Below, piece after piece: positions 37,593 to 50,899 of a stretch of DNA of 64,000 bases (positions are counted from its first letter, which is position 1; each line of letters begins with the position of its first letter). The notes beneath the pieces are model-generated. The model did not search any database. It saw only the letters and a list, made by a program, of their open reading frames with translations, and was not told the DNA's origin. A program made the translations under genes and the position numbers. The DNA is from Chlorokybus atmophyticus (taxonomy: Eukaryota > Plantae > Mesostigma and Chlorokybus algae), in assembly GCA_009103225.1 (NCBI GenBank), contig RHPI01002503.1, forward strand, positions 625,585 to 689,584. The letters are read 5' to 3'.

Positions 37593-40500
37593 AAGGTCCA
37601 ATATCCTTGTGGGGTACACCTTGAGTACCTTGTGGACAGCGTGGCCAACGGAGGTGTCAAGCGTGTCTTTGGTGGCCTCTATGCGGTAGGCATAGTCCCG
37701 TGCTTGGAACAAAATTTTGCATTCCTTGTAGAAGCCACTGCGCACATGCTCGTAGCGCAGCGTGCCGCGGTGTTGCGCGATGCGCAAGTTGTTGAAGGCC
37801 ATGGGAACGGTGTGCTCGAGCAGTGCCGCGCATGTGGTGATGTCATAGTGCATTTAGTCGGGTCGTCAAGGTTGTTCACCACGCGATCCACCTCCTGGTG
37901 TGCATGGAAGGGAAGCAGCGGTGGGCGGCCGAATATCAAGTAGTACGGGCTGTATTCGCGCAGAGCCGCCTGCTTCGACATTCGGTACTTGAAAAAAATA
38001 AAAACGAAAACAATTTCCCGTGGGTGAAGGGCCATCCACGGGACGTAATCATCCTAGGTATCCTTCTCATACTCCAACACAAACTTGTGGAGTGCTTTTT
38101 TGATGATCTGCACCGTGCGCTCGGCGAGACTGTTGGCCTGAAGGTGGTCATGCGAGGTGTGATGATCAATGTAGCACCTGTCCAAGAGAGTGTCGAACTC
38201 TCCTCTGAACCCGGTGCCTTGGTTGATGACCTCAGCACAGCTGCCGAACCGGCTGAGGACGTGAGAGAGGAAGGCTTGAGATACCCCCCTACTGCTCTTG
38301 TCGGGCAGTAGCACCAGCTCCACCCACTTGGAGAAGTACTCGATCATCACAACGATGCAACGGTTGCCGCGTGCTAAGGGTGACAAGTCTCCTCAAGTGT
38401 CAAGCCCCCATCGATAGCAAAGGCCGGAGATGGGAAGAGGGTGTAATGTGGCGCTGCGCGTGTTAAGGCTGGTGCGCACCACGTCATTGTTGACAGTGAC
38501 TTACGAAATCCTGCACCTGCTTGTACAACCTATGCCACCAATATTGTGCTCGTACCAGGCTGACTGTCCGCCTGACACCAAAGTGTCCCAACTCAATGTG
38601 GAGCGCAGCAGTGATGCCCTCGCGTGCGGCTGGTGTCTGTACATCTTTGTCTTCGCCATGAAGACGACGATACAGTTTGTCATCCGCCCACCCGGAATGC
38701 TTAACGCGGTCCTTTTGGCGCGCACTCATGCCATCGGGAAGTTGGCCACTCTGAAGAAAGGACAGGGTTGGCTTGTCCAACCATATGTCTTGCCTGAAAT
38801 CGGTGGGTGGAGTGTCTTCTGCATTTGCTGCATTTGCTGACTGAAGAGCAAGCAGCTTCGCCGCGGCGGCTGTCGCAGCTGTGTTGAATTTTGCGCCCTA
38901 TGCGTAGCGCGGCGGCAGCAAACATGGCAGCTATTGTAGGGGCTGCAGCTGTAGGGCTGAGCTTATGTCGAGCTCCGGTTGCGTCGTTGATGCAGAGGTG
39001 GGGGTTACGGCTAAGCCCATCGGCGGCGTCGTTGGTGAGGCCAGCGCAATGGTCGATCTTAAAGTCGTATACCTATAGCAACAATGCGCAGCGGGCAAGT
39101 TTGCCTACTAAGTGATGGTTGGTCATCAACCACTTGAGGGGCTGATAATCAGTGATTAATTGCAACTGCCAATTGAAGAGAAAGAGCCGAAAGAAGGAGA
39201 TAGCCCACACCGCACACTTGCCCTCATAACTATCGTTGGCCTCGGCGCAGTTGTTGCTCCTGCGGGCGTACGACACCACTCGCTCCTTCTTATTCTCATC
39301 GTGCGTGTACCAGCACGGCTCCCATCTCGAAATCCGTGTAGCGTAGAGGATGAAGGGGTCGGTGTAGTTCGAGCGCTGGAGGATGGGAGCAGTGGTGAGC
39401 CTGCTCTTCAGCGCCTCAAAGGCCTGCTACTGTGGCTCTTACGAACTCTACCTCCTTCTTTAGTAGCTCATCGAGGGGCCGTGCGATCTTAGCGAAGTCC
39501 TTCACACCGTCGATAGTAATTGGCAAGGCCAAGAAAAAAAGGCGCGCAGCTGCGCGAGGTCTGTGGGGGCCGCGATCGCTGCTAAGGCCTCCACCTTTGC
39601 CTGCTGTACACACCATGTGGCACGGTCATGTGCCCTACGTACGGCACTTTGTGGGTGAAAAAGGTGCACTTATCGAAATGCACAGTCATCCCTACTCCCT
39701 TGAGTTCAGCCCAGCGCCGCCTCAATGTGCTGGAGGTGTTTTTCTTTGCTGCGGCTGAATTGAGGATATCGTCGATGCAGCACCGCGCGCGGTCCAACCC
39801 TTTCAAGGCTTTGTTTATGATGTGCTGAAACTTGACGGGGGCGTTCTTTAGCCCGAACGGCATCACCTTCCGCTAGAAAACTTGTCGGTTGCCACACATG
39901 AAAAGAGGTTTTCTGTTTGTCCTCGTTTTCAATGGCAATTTGGTTGTACGCTTGACGCATATCAAAAATGATAAAAATTGTGCAATCTCCCACATTGTCA
40001 AAGTTACCCTTTGCTGTAGGCATGGGTAACATGTCTTGCTAAGTTTTGTTGTTGAGGGGGCAATAGTCACCACACAAATGCCGTCCTGTTGCCCTGAATC
40101 CTTTTTTGGTGGCATGACAGTCGCGGCTGCAAAATCCGGTGTTGACTCCTTAATGAGGCCTGCATCGAGCAGGGCCTTGTATCTCTGCTCCACCAGGTCT
40201 TCTACCAACCAGGAGAGCCTAAATTGCCGCCGGAACACATTGGCTCCTCTACTTGTTGAGGAGAGCCTCCAACTTCTCTCGCGTCTCTCCTCCGTGGTAA
40301 GAGGGCCGATAGCGTGGTCTCATGACGTTGCGTTGGCAACCGCGGGAATGTCTTCCACTGTTACCGCTGCTTGCTCCTCCATGTGAGCTACCTCGAGGGC
40401 TGTGTGAGCTGCTTGGTGTCTAAAACGCGATCAGCTCACCCCCAAGCCAGGTGGTCGAGATCTTTGAAAGACACATGGCGATCTTGCAATGCAAAGTTGA

Positions 40501-43500
40501 GCTCTAGCACCCAGACCATGCTGTTCTGGTATATGGCGCGGCCAAGCAGCTGACACTGATGATTGTCGGTCAAGTGTGATCCTGTGATGCTATTGGGAAA
40601 AAAGCCTATGGCGCGTTCGCGTTCGTGTGCGTTGGGTTCTTTCAGCTTGCCAATGGCCTCGTCGAATACCATGCCTTTCCCGCCATTGCGGAAGGCATAA
40701 GAGCCTAGATAAGACACCAATGTGAGAAGTGCTCGGCGTGGTTGTCCCGATTGGTTGCACGGGTAGAAGTGGTTGTGATTGTGATGCGTGACATGATGGG
40801 CCTTGCGGCCAGGGTCAAAGATGACATTGACAAATATTTGGTCTCTACCGCTATGTCTGTCGCCTCCATCTTTAACGGCCTGCGCGCCAGCAAGGTGCAG
40901 CAGAAGACCAAGGCTGTGGCTCGTCGGGTCGGTTGGTCGGTCATAGCGGTCGGTCGGTCCGCGGCCGCGTGCTGTGCGTGTATTCTGCGGTTATAGCTCC
41001 TCTGTGGTGGCCAAGTTTGTCCACTTGGCGCGTACGCAATGTGCACGTGAACCGTGTCATGCTGCGTTCACCTTGAGTGGGTGCTCAAGAATGGACCACA
41101 CCTGCCGGTAGCTGGAGGCCGCATGAAGACGCTGGTCGTCTTTCGAGTGGACATTCTCGATATTATACCCAGTGGCCTGGACATTTGGTGCTGCTAGAGG
41201 AGATGTATGATTCTCATCAACTGCTAAAACAGTTCTAAGCGAGGGGTTTCATTGCCTTGGCCTTTTCCAACTCTGGCTGCTTTGACGTGCCCTTGGCACT
41301 CCCATTTAGTTATCACCAAGTCGATGTTGCCGAGGGACAGAAAATGGTCTTCGTTGATCAGTCAAATGTCTGGAGGCAATGCCTTAAATAAAGCTGCCTT
41401 AGCAATGCCGAAAGGGGCAGGTGCTGTGAATACGTTCGTGCGACTGCCGTAGGTGGTGTTTGAGGGCTGTTTGCGCGTGTGGGGCGCGGTCACAATAGTA
41501 GTATTTGGTGATCGTGACTCCTGTTTTTAGGACAGCGGGAAGACCACTGCCAATGCCTCCAATCAACTCCAACACGGTGATGCCCTGTTGCCGCCGGAAG
41601 GTGTGGAAGTCCACCACCCGGGTGGCCACCATATGTTGATCTTGCAACTTGCCCTTGCTGCTGTAACCGTGGAAGCGTGAGGTGACAAATGGCTGTGTCA
41701 GCAGAAGGTGTGCATCCACTTGTGCCCGCCAACGGCTTCACTTTCACTTCAGCCGGATCTTGAAATGCCACCTCATCGGTGGCATCCTCCTGCTTTTCAT
41801 TGTAAGGAATGGGAGCGGAGTCATTGGTGCGAAAAGGGGCTGCTGCAACGGCAGCGACTCTGTCGCGAGCGATGTCGTACGTGGCTGATGCAGCCTCTTG
41901 TGTGCGCACATGGTTATCTATGGCTACGGCAGCTAGCTTGCGTTGAACTCCCGTGTGTGGCATCAACTCGAGAGGCAGGAAAGCCTGTACCTCTCCGTCA
42001 TCCTCTTCCCAATGTGGCCGGAATCAAGCTTGCTCTGTCCAGCAGTCGAGGTCCATGCCCACAGGGAAGTTGAAGGCCTGCCTTAGCAAAAACCGAAGGA
42101 ACCGGCATTGGTGACCACACACTGCTGTGTGATCTCGATGGTGTGTTTGGGGTCCAGCTATATCAACCGAATGTAGGCCTCATTGGTGACCCCCATCACC
42201 TTGTTGCGGTTGCCCGTCGCCGTGTTCAGCACATATGAGCAGGGCATCAAGTCCAAGCTGGTGATGCCAAGGGGACACGCGAGGGAGCGCCCGATGATGC
42301 CAGGCTGTGCTCTGGTGTTCAACATCACCCGCTTAGGTGCCAAGCCATTAATCGTCACATGTTTACCAGCATTGGCGTTGATGCGCAGCCTCTTTTTGCG
42401 GGCTGCTGGCATCGGTGCCTCATGTCTCTCAGTTGAGGGTGTTGAGCGCATGGCAGCCAAAGCTCCTCTGCCTGCTGAGTCTTGAGGACTCCCCCCTTCA
42501 CCTCTTAACCTGCCAAACCTACCTTGCCGTGGTGGTAGGTAGTCGCAAGGAGGTCTTTAAGTTGGAGGTTCTGGTGCTAGCTGTGGTGGAGGGTGCCGCC
42601 TTTGCGAGGAGGGGATCATGCCTGCTGGTGTCCCCAGCGGCTGCGGCGGGAAGCCTGGTGGGCCTGATGTTTGTGGGCCTGCCTCGCGCTAGGCTTGCTC
42701 TGTAGCATAGATTCATCGGACAGCGTGGGCGGCCGCTCTGACCAATGTCCCCTCCGACGTGGCCGTGGGCTCCGTATCTATCGGTCCAAGGGAATCAGGG
42801 CATGAGCTGCAAATACACTGCGCGTAGTAATTGTCGCCGCATGCCGTGGGTGATGGTGGACACCCGAAAGATCCTTGCCATGTAGGCATCCCACCTTCCT
42901 TGTATCATTCCCACATCTAGCACCGCCATGGCGCGTGCCCGTATGATGCGTTGGAGGGTTATAGGTTCGTCTGCTGCGCGTGTAGCTCATAAGCGATGGC
43001 GATGCGCCAATGTTGTCGTGCTGTTTCTACTCGTGGCAGTCGCAGCATTGCCTCTTGCACCCATTCAGGGTGTCTGGAGCAGTGGTGGCAGCTTCATTGT
43101 ATGCTTGTCGCAACAAGCGAACGAATGCTCCCAATCATGATGCCGAAGGCAAACATGAGGACAACGGGATGATTGGCGACGAGCCACGTCGCTTATCATG
43201 CTCGGGTTGCGCTGCCCTCTCGCATCCCCATCGTCTGTCTTAATGCTCTGCCCTCGGGTCTGTGTAGCATGGCTCCTTGTCGCATGAGGGCGATACGGAG
43301 TTGTTGCTCTCCTACCATGGCTCCTCCTCTCTTTGTGGTGTCCCCTTGTGGGGTGAGGTAGCCTCGCCCTGCATCACGCTGATCATCAGACATATCCTCA
43401 ACCAAGGAAGGCAATAGCGGGGCGATTACCCCCTCAATTGTTGCGCCAACGCCCTCGCTTGGTCAGCTGCAGTTGCTTGCCCGTGCGGAGCGTCTATGGT

Positions 43501-46500
43501 TGATAATGTTAGTAGTAAAGCCAGTGCACTAGAGGGATCATCGACATCGGATGTCGAGGCTGGTTGGCCAGCATCTGCGCGAGCTGTCTCATATGCCTCT
43601 CTGCGCGCATCCACGTGTGCTGCTTAATCCCGCCGATAGTGATACGCTTATTCAAGGGCTGAGAACCGCTCTTGACGGCTTCCAAATCAAGCCCCTAAAG
43701 CGCATGGTCAGCGCCCATTGGGATGGTTGACGTGGTCACGACTAGGCTTTGCTATTGGCGGCGCTGACGTCCAAGCGGGTCCAATGGGGAAGGCTCGAAG
43801 TCAATTTGCTGCGCGGGCATTGGCTGTTGAGACCGAGTGGGCGCCTCCTGCAGCCTTGCGTGCAATGCCAAACATAAGCTGTATTGCCAATTCCAACACT
43901 GCAGGCCGCTGGAATATGATTGCGAAGAGCCGGACGTGCATGACTTGAGCCGTGCCTGCGAGTATCTCATTCTCAAGCTGGTGTTGCATGGGATTTGGAT
44001 CGGTGTGATACTCCGGTGGTGGAAACAGCAGGATGCGATCATCCCTTGCCACTCGTGTGGTGCGTTGCCCCCCTAAGCCCTATGCAATCGTGGTGGGCTC
44101 GATGTTGCGACGGACGCCAAAGCTCGGTCTGCTTGCTGCCCGCGCGGCACTTGTTGCGTACCATCAAGTGCTGGTGGAGGGGCTGCCCGCACCTCCGGCG
44201 GTACTGTAGAGGGCGCGGCAGTGTCACTGGCAGTGATGGTGATGGCACTCGCAGCTTATATGGTAATTGAGGTCGCAGCAGTTAGTATGGCAGCAGTTGT
44301 GATCGAGGCTGTGGCTTCAATAGAAGCAGGAGTGGCGTCCTCACCACCCACGGGCTCAGCGATTGCGGCTGCGGTGGTGTTTGAGCTTTCCATTACCGAG
44401 GACAACATGGTGCCAGGTGTGCCTGCACCTGCTACCGCGTGTGGTGTGGGTGCCAATGGTGTCGCCGCCGGCGTCGTCCCGGCAGTGGTTGTGGCTGCCG
44501 AGGCAGCACCACTTGTGGCTTCCGACAATGCCGCTGTTAATGATGCGCTAGCTTTTTTGCGTGCGCATCGTGTCGGTTGCACACGCAATGGCGTGGGAGT
44601 GTCCCTCTCCCGTTTTGGTGCCATCAGTGCCCAGCGGGCAGAGTAGCGGGCTTGATTGTCCTGCTCCTTTTTTTTTGTCCAATGTGCCAAACGCGCCATG
44701 AGGGCTGCCACTTGGTCGACAGCTGGTGGGTTGGCTGGTGCTTTGACAGCAGCTCCAGCACGCGAACATCCCTCAGGCTCTTTGCGCTGCGGCGGGCGGT
44801 TTCTTCCCTCTGTAACCTGGCTCATCCTTGCGAGCGCCGGCGTTGTTGTTGTCGTTGGGGTTGTAGCCATCATAATTGTTGCCGCTGTTGCCACCACCAG
44901 CGTTGTTGCTGTTGTTGTAGCCCCCGTTGTTGTGGTTGTTGTTGCCGCGGTAGCCACTAGCGTTGTTTCTGTTGTTGTAGCCAATAGAGGGCCGCAGCTC
45001 GAGAAACTTGAGCCAGCATACTGTCTCTGTGATAGTATTACAAGTGTCATGTCTTGTGGCAATATTCGCACACAAGGTTGCCTTAGTCTTCAGCGCACTC
45101 TTTTCGGTTGTGCCCAAACCAACCACACCAATAACACACCACTGCAGCAACAAGGGCAGCACGTAACGGGAAGGTACATTAATTACCACAAATCGACCAT
45201 AAAAGCATCAAGTCTTTATAGTCGAGTGGGCTGTGACATTTGTATCGGATCTTAAGACCCGGGTTCGCTTCTGCCTTGCACACGAATTCCGCGATCGTTG
45301 TTTCTCAAATAACATCGTAAATGGTCACTGTATAAGTGCCATCATTGATGGGTCGCGATTTGCATAAATGCAGTCGCGCCGAACTGACTAGTTCAGTCTG
45401 CGCGGCAGGGCGCGACCTGTGGGGCCGGCAGCGGTGCGATATGCGCGCGTTGACCGGTATGGGCCTAAATTGGCCGGTCCTTGGGCAGTGGGGCCGGTGA
45501 CCAACCCTAATCAGACCCCTGGGATAATTCCCCAACTGATGCGAGCCAGCTGCGAGGACGTCAGCGTTCTTAAGTGGGGGGGAATGTAACGGGAAGGTAC
45601 ATTAAATTACCACAAATCGACCATAGAAGCATCAAGTCTTTTATGGTCGAGTGGGATGTGACACAGCATGTGCTGACCGTGTACTTTCGTTGCGAGTGGA
45701 ACATGCCAATGGCGGTCTCGTCGAGGGGGCTCTGCACTTGTGCTTGCCATGGGCCGTGAGACGCTCCGGTTGGTGTTCAGCACCGCTTTCTCATACACCG
45801 CGCGCTTGTGAATGGCTTGTGCAGTCCAAAAGCTTCCTTGAGTGTGTAGCCAAAGGGCCGGCTGTAGTTTAGTGTCAAGTGCGTTGACTCACTCAAGGTG
45901 GAGTCCAACTTGGCCACATATACCACTGCGGCTGCCTCGTTGCTAACGACCTTGTAGTCAGTGTCTTGTACCAGCCCTTCCAGTCGCGAGTACAACCGGA
46001 AGGGGGTCCTTATTGGGCTTTCATCGGAAGCGTCTCATCTCCTCCACCTTACTATTGGTTTGAGGTGGGAAGGTACGCCGTAGTGCAGCGTAGAGGTTCT
46101 CAAGTGGAGAGTCAGACATTGCAGCACATACGGTGATGGCTGGTGCGCGCAGTGCCACTGATCCGAGGGTGACACTGCCTCCTGCTGGAGCACGTGACGC
46201 AGTGTTGGCAATGGTGATGCACCCATCTTTAATACTGCAGCTTGATGTTCCTTAATGATGGCAGCGGTCCGGTTGAGTACCCTGATATGGCGGTTGACCG
46301 TCCTGACCTCGATCTCTGCAAGGGTTGACGAGGCGACAACCATCTCGCCCTTTTCGTTCTCCACTTTCTGCATAGCTGCAGCCCAAGCAAGGCCGGTGAC
46401 TGAAGTTGGTAGTGGCAACATCCGCAGGGCTGTGTAGCAATGGTTGCTATCGTGCTGGCGAGCTCGCCATAGCCATCGACTTGGTGCAGCTCAGCAATAA

Positions 46501-47705
46501 ATTTCCACACATTATGTGCCTTAAAATCAAGATGCTGAGCCATGATCTGGAACGACACAATACCCGACTAGACCTTGCTCTTGAGGGCTTGCTGACGGAT
46601 TTTAGAGTGGATATTGATGATGAACTCATCAAGCACGGTAGTACCACCACATCCAAAGAAGCGCAGCGAGTTTATCGAGCTAAAATGCTCCATCTCATCA
46701 CCGTCACTGTCCGAGAGAGGGAAAGCTTGTTGACAAGGATTGAAGTGGAAGGAGGTGAAGCCGGAGACGGGGCGAGAGCTTTTGCTGCTACGGTATCTGC
46801 TTCCTTCGCTTGCTCACTCGTAGGTGAGGTTGGAGGTCGGGCTGCAGCTGCTGAGGTTCCCCTTGTTTACTGGAGAAAAGAGTGGGCCCGCTCATACAAC
46901 TAGTGCGATGGTGAAAGTGTGTGAAAGCAAAGTGTTTGTGCTCTACAAGGCTATCTCAACGCTGCTAACACTCAACACACTAGTGCTTGTGCGCACTATG
47001 CGATGACGGTGGTAACAATGCACTTAAGATGTATTCAACTACAAGATGCACTTCTGATGCACAGAATGCAACCACACTCATTTGAGCAAGGAGGGTGACA
47101 TTGTGGATCAGCAAGCCACTACTATAGGTAGTGCTGCGTACACAATTCTTTGCATGAGTGGAATGTATGTTACACTGTTAAGTGAGGTGAATGAGCAAGC
47201 AGCACGTTGATGCTATGCTCTGCCTGATGCCAACAAGCACACCGCAACGAAGCGCACCAAGCTCCCAGCAATGACAAGCACAGTGCACAAGAGCATGCAC
47301 ATGCTCTCACACGATGAGGATTCTTACGAACCGGGACGACGTGTTTGCGGTTGAATCACTTCACAAGCTCTAAGCTTTCTCACCTACGGTGTTACTAGCT
47401 GATCCGGTGAACATTGCGACTACTTATACAAGTCAAATCACGAATGTTCAAAACATAAGCTAACGATCTTATCTGGGCTATTTTTAAACAGATCCCCACT
47501 CGATGTAAAATATAACTTATAACTGAACTCACCATTGAACAGCTACGCGCGGTGCCTACGTAGGCTACGATCATGAGCTAGTCTGGAGTCATGACCTAGC
47601 TACTGGTTAGTGGCGCGCGCGGGTTGGTATGCTGATAGGCCGGGCGAGGGTCTTGACATAAGCATACTCGATGAAGACTGGCATGCGAGGACAATGGGCA
47701 TGACA
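37593..47705 (-). mobile_element. DNMT-carrying Ty3/gypsy-type retroelement, copy III (heavily decayed; host of copy II and TRIM 2)
   Basis: Starts TGTCATGCC at 47705; gag ATG at 46895; protease ~42160-42400; MTase ~40515-41590 (VLELIGGIGSG, KWECQGH); RT/RH/IN remnants down to 37597. Confidence 0.9.
45162..45663 (+). mobile_element. TRIM copy 2 (502 bp), inserted in copy III gag
   Basis: LTRs 45162-45238 and 45585-45663; TSD CAGCA at 45157-45161 and 45664-45668; decayed PBS TTGTATCGGATC; PPT AAGTGGGGGGGAA at 45572-45584; internal region homologous to TRIM 1. Confidence 0.92.
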
Positions 47706-50700
47706 ATACACTCACACACGCAAGTGTAAGCACGTTTTTCCAAGTGTACACACTCATATACAAGTGCTATAGAAGGACAAGCTTCACTCCTTGAATCTGA
47801 AGAGTTTTCATCCCCTTAAACGGCCTCTCACCTGAACACCCCACGTGAAGTCCCACGCGAGCAAGCACGCCAAGGCAAGGTAGACCCAAGTCTCCAATCT
47901 CATGCCTTGCCTACTGAGCATGCTTATTTAGATACCCTTAGTGCCTTATTTTAGCCACTAAGGGTGGTGGGTGTCTCCACCAATGGTGCCTCGTTCGGAC
48001 TCAAGTGTAATCTAAGGCGGCCAACCTTCTTGTGACAAGCACTCCTGCACTTGCCCTTACTAGGCTCGCACCGATCATCTTACCCCTACGTATGAGCAAC
48101 CAATGAGATGGTACCATAATCTCATGGTATTGACCATATGGTCTTGTGGCCACAGAGTGTAGATACCAGTCTTTGTGATATCGGTACTGCAGTCTACAAT
48201 ATCAGCATATTTTGTACAATATCCGCATCTGCCTCCTCTAGCACTTTTTAGACAAGTACACGTGTATTATCCACATTGTCTTCTACAATTTGGATATTCA
48301 ATACACCGATATCCGCATTCTTGTGCGTTTTATCAATGCGTGACTCTTCGAATATTCTTCAGACACAAGTCTCTATGATATCAATATTAAATGCTGTAAT
48401 ATCAACATTTGTATGTTAGGTGGTTATATTCATGTGCTGGATATAAACATATTTATCTTCTTAGATGTTTTTGTCTACATCATAGACACATCCATATATT
48501 AGACATTTGTGGCTAACTAGCCCACATTAATGTTTGTACCATGGACACCTACATATAACACAGATGTCAACATCTACAATGTAGACATTTGTGGCTAACT
48601 GTTCCACACTGATGTGTGTCTTGTAGCAGCAAGCACACATGCTTGTTGATTGTCTACCTCAGGTATGTATAAGCACTTGGAGCGTAACTACTAGCCGCGT
48701 TACAACAACCACGTGCATGCAACTAAGGCAGCATTACCGTAAGACTGCCACCTCAGCTATAAAGAGGCAGAACTTGAACCGGATCCACACCAAGACCAAC
48801 CGCAATTATCATCGACGACTCGAAAGATTCAGAAGCTTCCTGCGCGAATCAGCAAACCAAATGTGAAAAAATGAACAGTTTCAGCAATTATAGTTGTTAT
48901 AACCGCACAGCTAATACAAGTACCTACCTAGCATTCTCAACTAGACAGTTGGTAATTCAAGTCATTTGTGGGGGACGCCGTCCTACCTTTTGAGAGCCAT
49001 ACCTTTCCTTGATGCGTATGCTTCTTGCTTAAACCTCTTTGCAATAATTGTTTTTAATTTGGAAAATGCGAGTGCTATGAGAGTGTGTTGGTGTTGTGAG
49101 CACAGTGCATGTGCCCGAGAGGCTCGCTATCATATTGTAAACACTGCAACCGCCCCAATACAACCATACTATCGGCTGACCCTGTTCTCTCCACACTAGT
49201 AATATATACCGTACTGTGCATTGCATGCGTATAGTATAATAAAGTGCATGCAAAGAACGTGGAGAGTGACTTAACACCAACTCTGAGTGATCCGTTCTGT
49301 GTTCATTCACGAGATCACCATATTGTGAATGCATGCCATACATTATTGTTTTCCAATGCCGAGTTTGACACCTACCAGGACAACCATTGAGTGTCACATC
49401 TCATACATCTCACCTCACCCTAGTGCATTGGCTTTTAAGGGAGCTCGCTGTCCTGGTCAACATTCATTTTTTAAACTTGAAACACGACCAGGTCATCAAC
49501 ACACAGTGAGTTACATCTTTAGTGAGAAGGGAACTCAAGTTTCACAGATGCACACGTACGGTTATATAAATGAAAGCTGTTATATGGCTCACGCAATGTG
49601 CCAGAGCGCCAGCGCTCACTGTGCTTACTTCACCCCTGCATGGCCATGTGTACTTCCCGGCCGTCGCCATTACAAACAGGCCACCCCACATGCACAAGAC
49701 TAAAGGTGTGAATGGTAAGGCATTGTCCAACTATTGTCATCTTTATGTTTAAGCGACTCGAGACTCAGATCCCACCATGAAAATGGTTATCGAGCACCAG
49801 CTTACAAGACAGCTATATGCACGACATTTGGTATGTTATATCGCAAAAATTGCCCTTGTTGTAATCGATTATAGATCGGCTGCTGTTGTATGTGAAGTTT
49901 CATGTGTGTGCATCAGTGAGTTACAGATAGACGGATTGATCACCATAGCAGAGAGTGGCCTGCCCTTGAGCTTTGTGTTTGACTATAGAGACGGCGCTAC
50001 GGGGCGCCCCTTTGCAATAGCGCAAAATGTGAGCCACTTGTAGACGGCTTGGTTTTCACAGCAGCAAGAAGCCCGCCTGCCCGCTATGGCTAGCTATAAC
50101 GGCTACATGGCTATTGTGTTTGCTATTGCTATGTTCATCGCCCCATTTGTTATTCAGATTCGCCAATTAAATCAGCTTATATCAAGTACACAAAAGCCGC
50201 ACATAAAGTTTCAAACACGGCGATGTTGGCATCATCAATTGCAACGGGTATCAACTTGCAACCGATAGCATGCTGCGTATTGATTGATGAAGCATGCACA
50301 ACATGCGCAACCTACCATACTCCATACTATGGACTCCATTTTAGGTGCGCCTCTTCGTACCACGCCTACCGGTATATCCAAGTCGTACTCCATTCTTCAA
50401 GCGCGGCAACCAATGGACTCCTTGTTGGGGCGTGTCAATTGCGTGGTCGTTACGACGGTCTTGAGCGGGAAATTGCATCGGCCAGACAGAGGGCGAGAGG
50501 CAGCACGTCGCCGTACGCGGCCGCGGAGTTGGTGAGGCAGGATCATGGGATTTAGGGTTTTGCGTTGCGAGTTGTGATTGTACTACGCCCAGGATGAAGT
50601 GAACGCCGCTGAGGGCGGCGGCGGCGGGGGCGGCGCGGGCGGCGGGCGGCGCGGCAGCTCCGCCTGCGCAGGCAGGCCCGGGGGTGACAGGCGCCAACGG

Positions 50701-50899
50701 ACAGGCGCTACAGGGCGCCGCGCCGCCGCCCTCCCTTGTTGGCGTTGAGTGGGTTTTGCCTACAGTTACCCCTCTCCTTTTCCACTCTTTCAGTTAGGTC
50801 TAGGGTTTTTGTTGGGTGTGCCCAGGTTCACGGGGCGGTACACGCCGCCGCCGCCGGAGGCGGCGGCAGCGACAATATCACGCGGGGTCTGGATAGGAC

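Noticed and set aside
45510-45570. Hammerhead ribozyme (retrozyme) in the TRIM
   Set aside because: CTGATG is not followed by the conserved A, no matching GAAA core was found, and the LTRs are too short.
48130-48620. AT-rich stretch with a repeated TAGACATTTGTGGCTAACT motif
   Set aside because: Only two copies, irregular spacing, no spacer architecture; not CRISPR-like, probably a decayed repeat.
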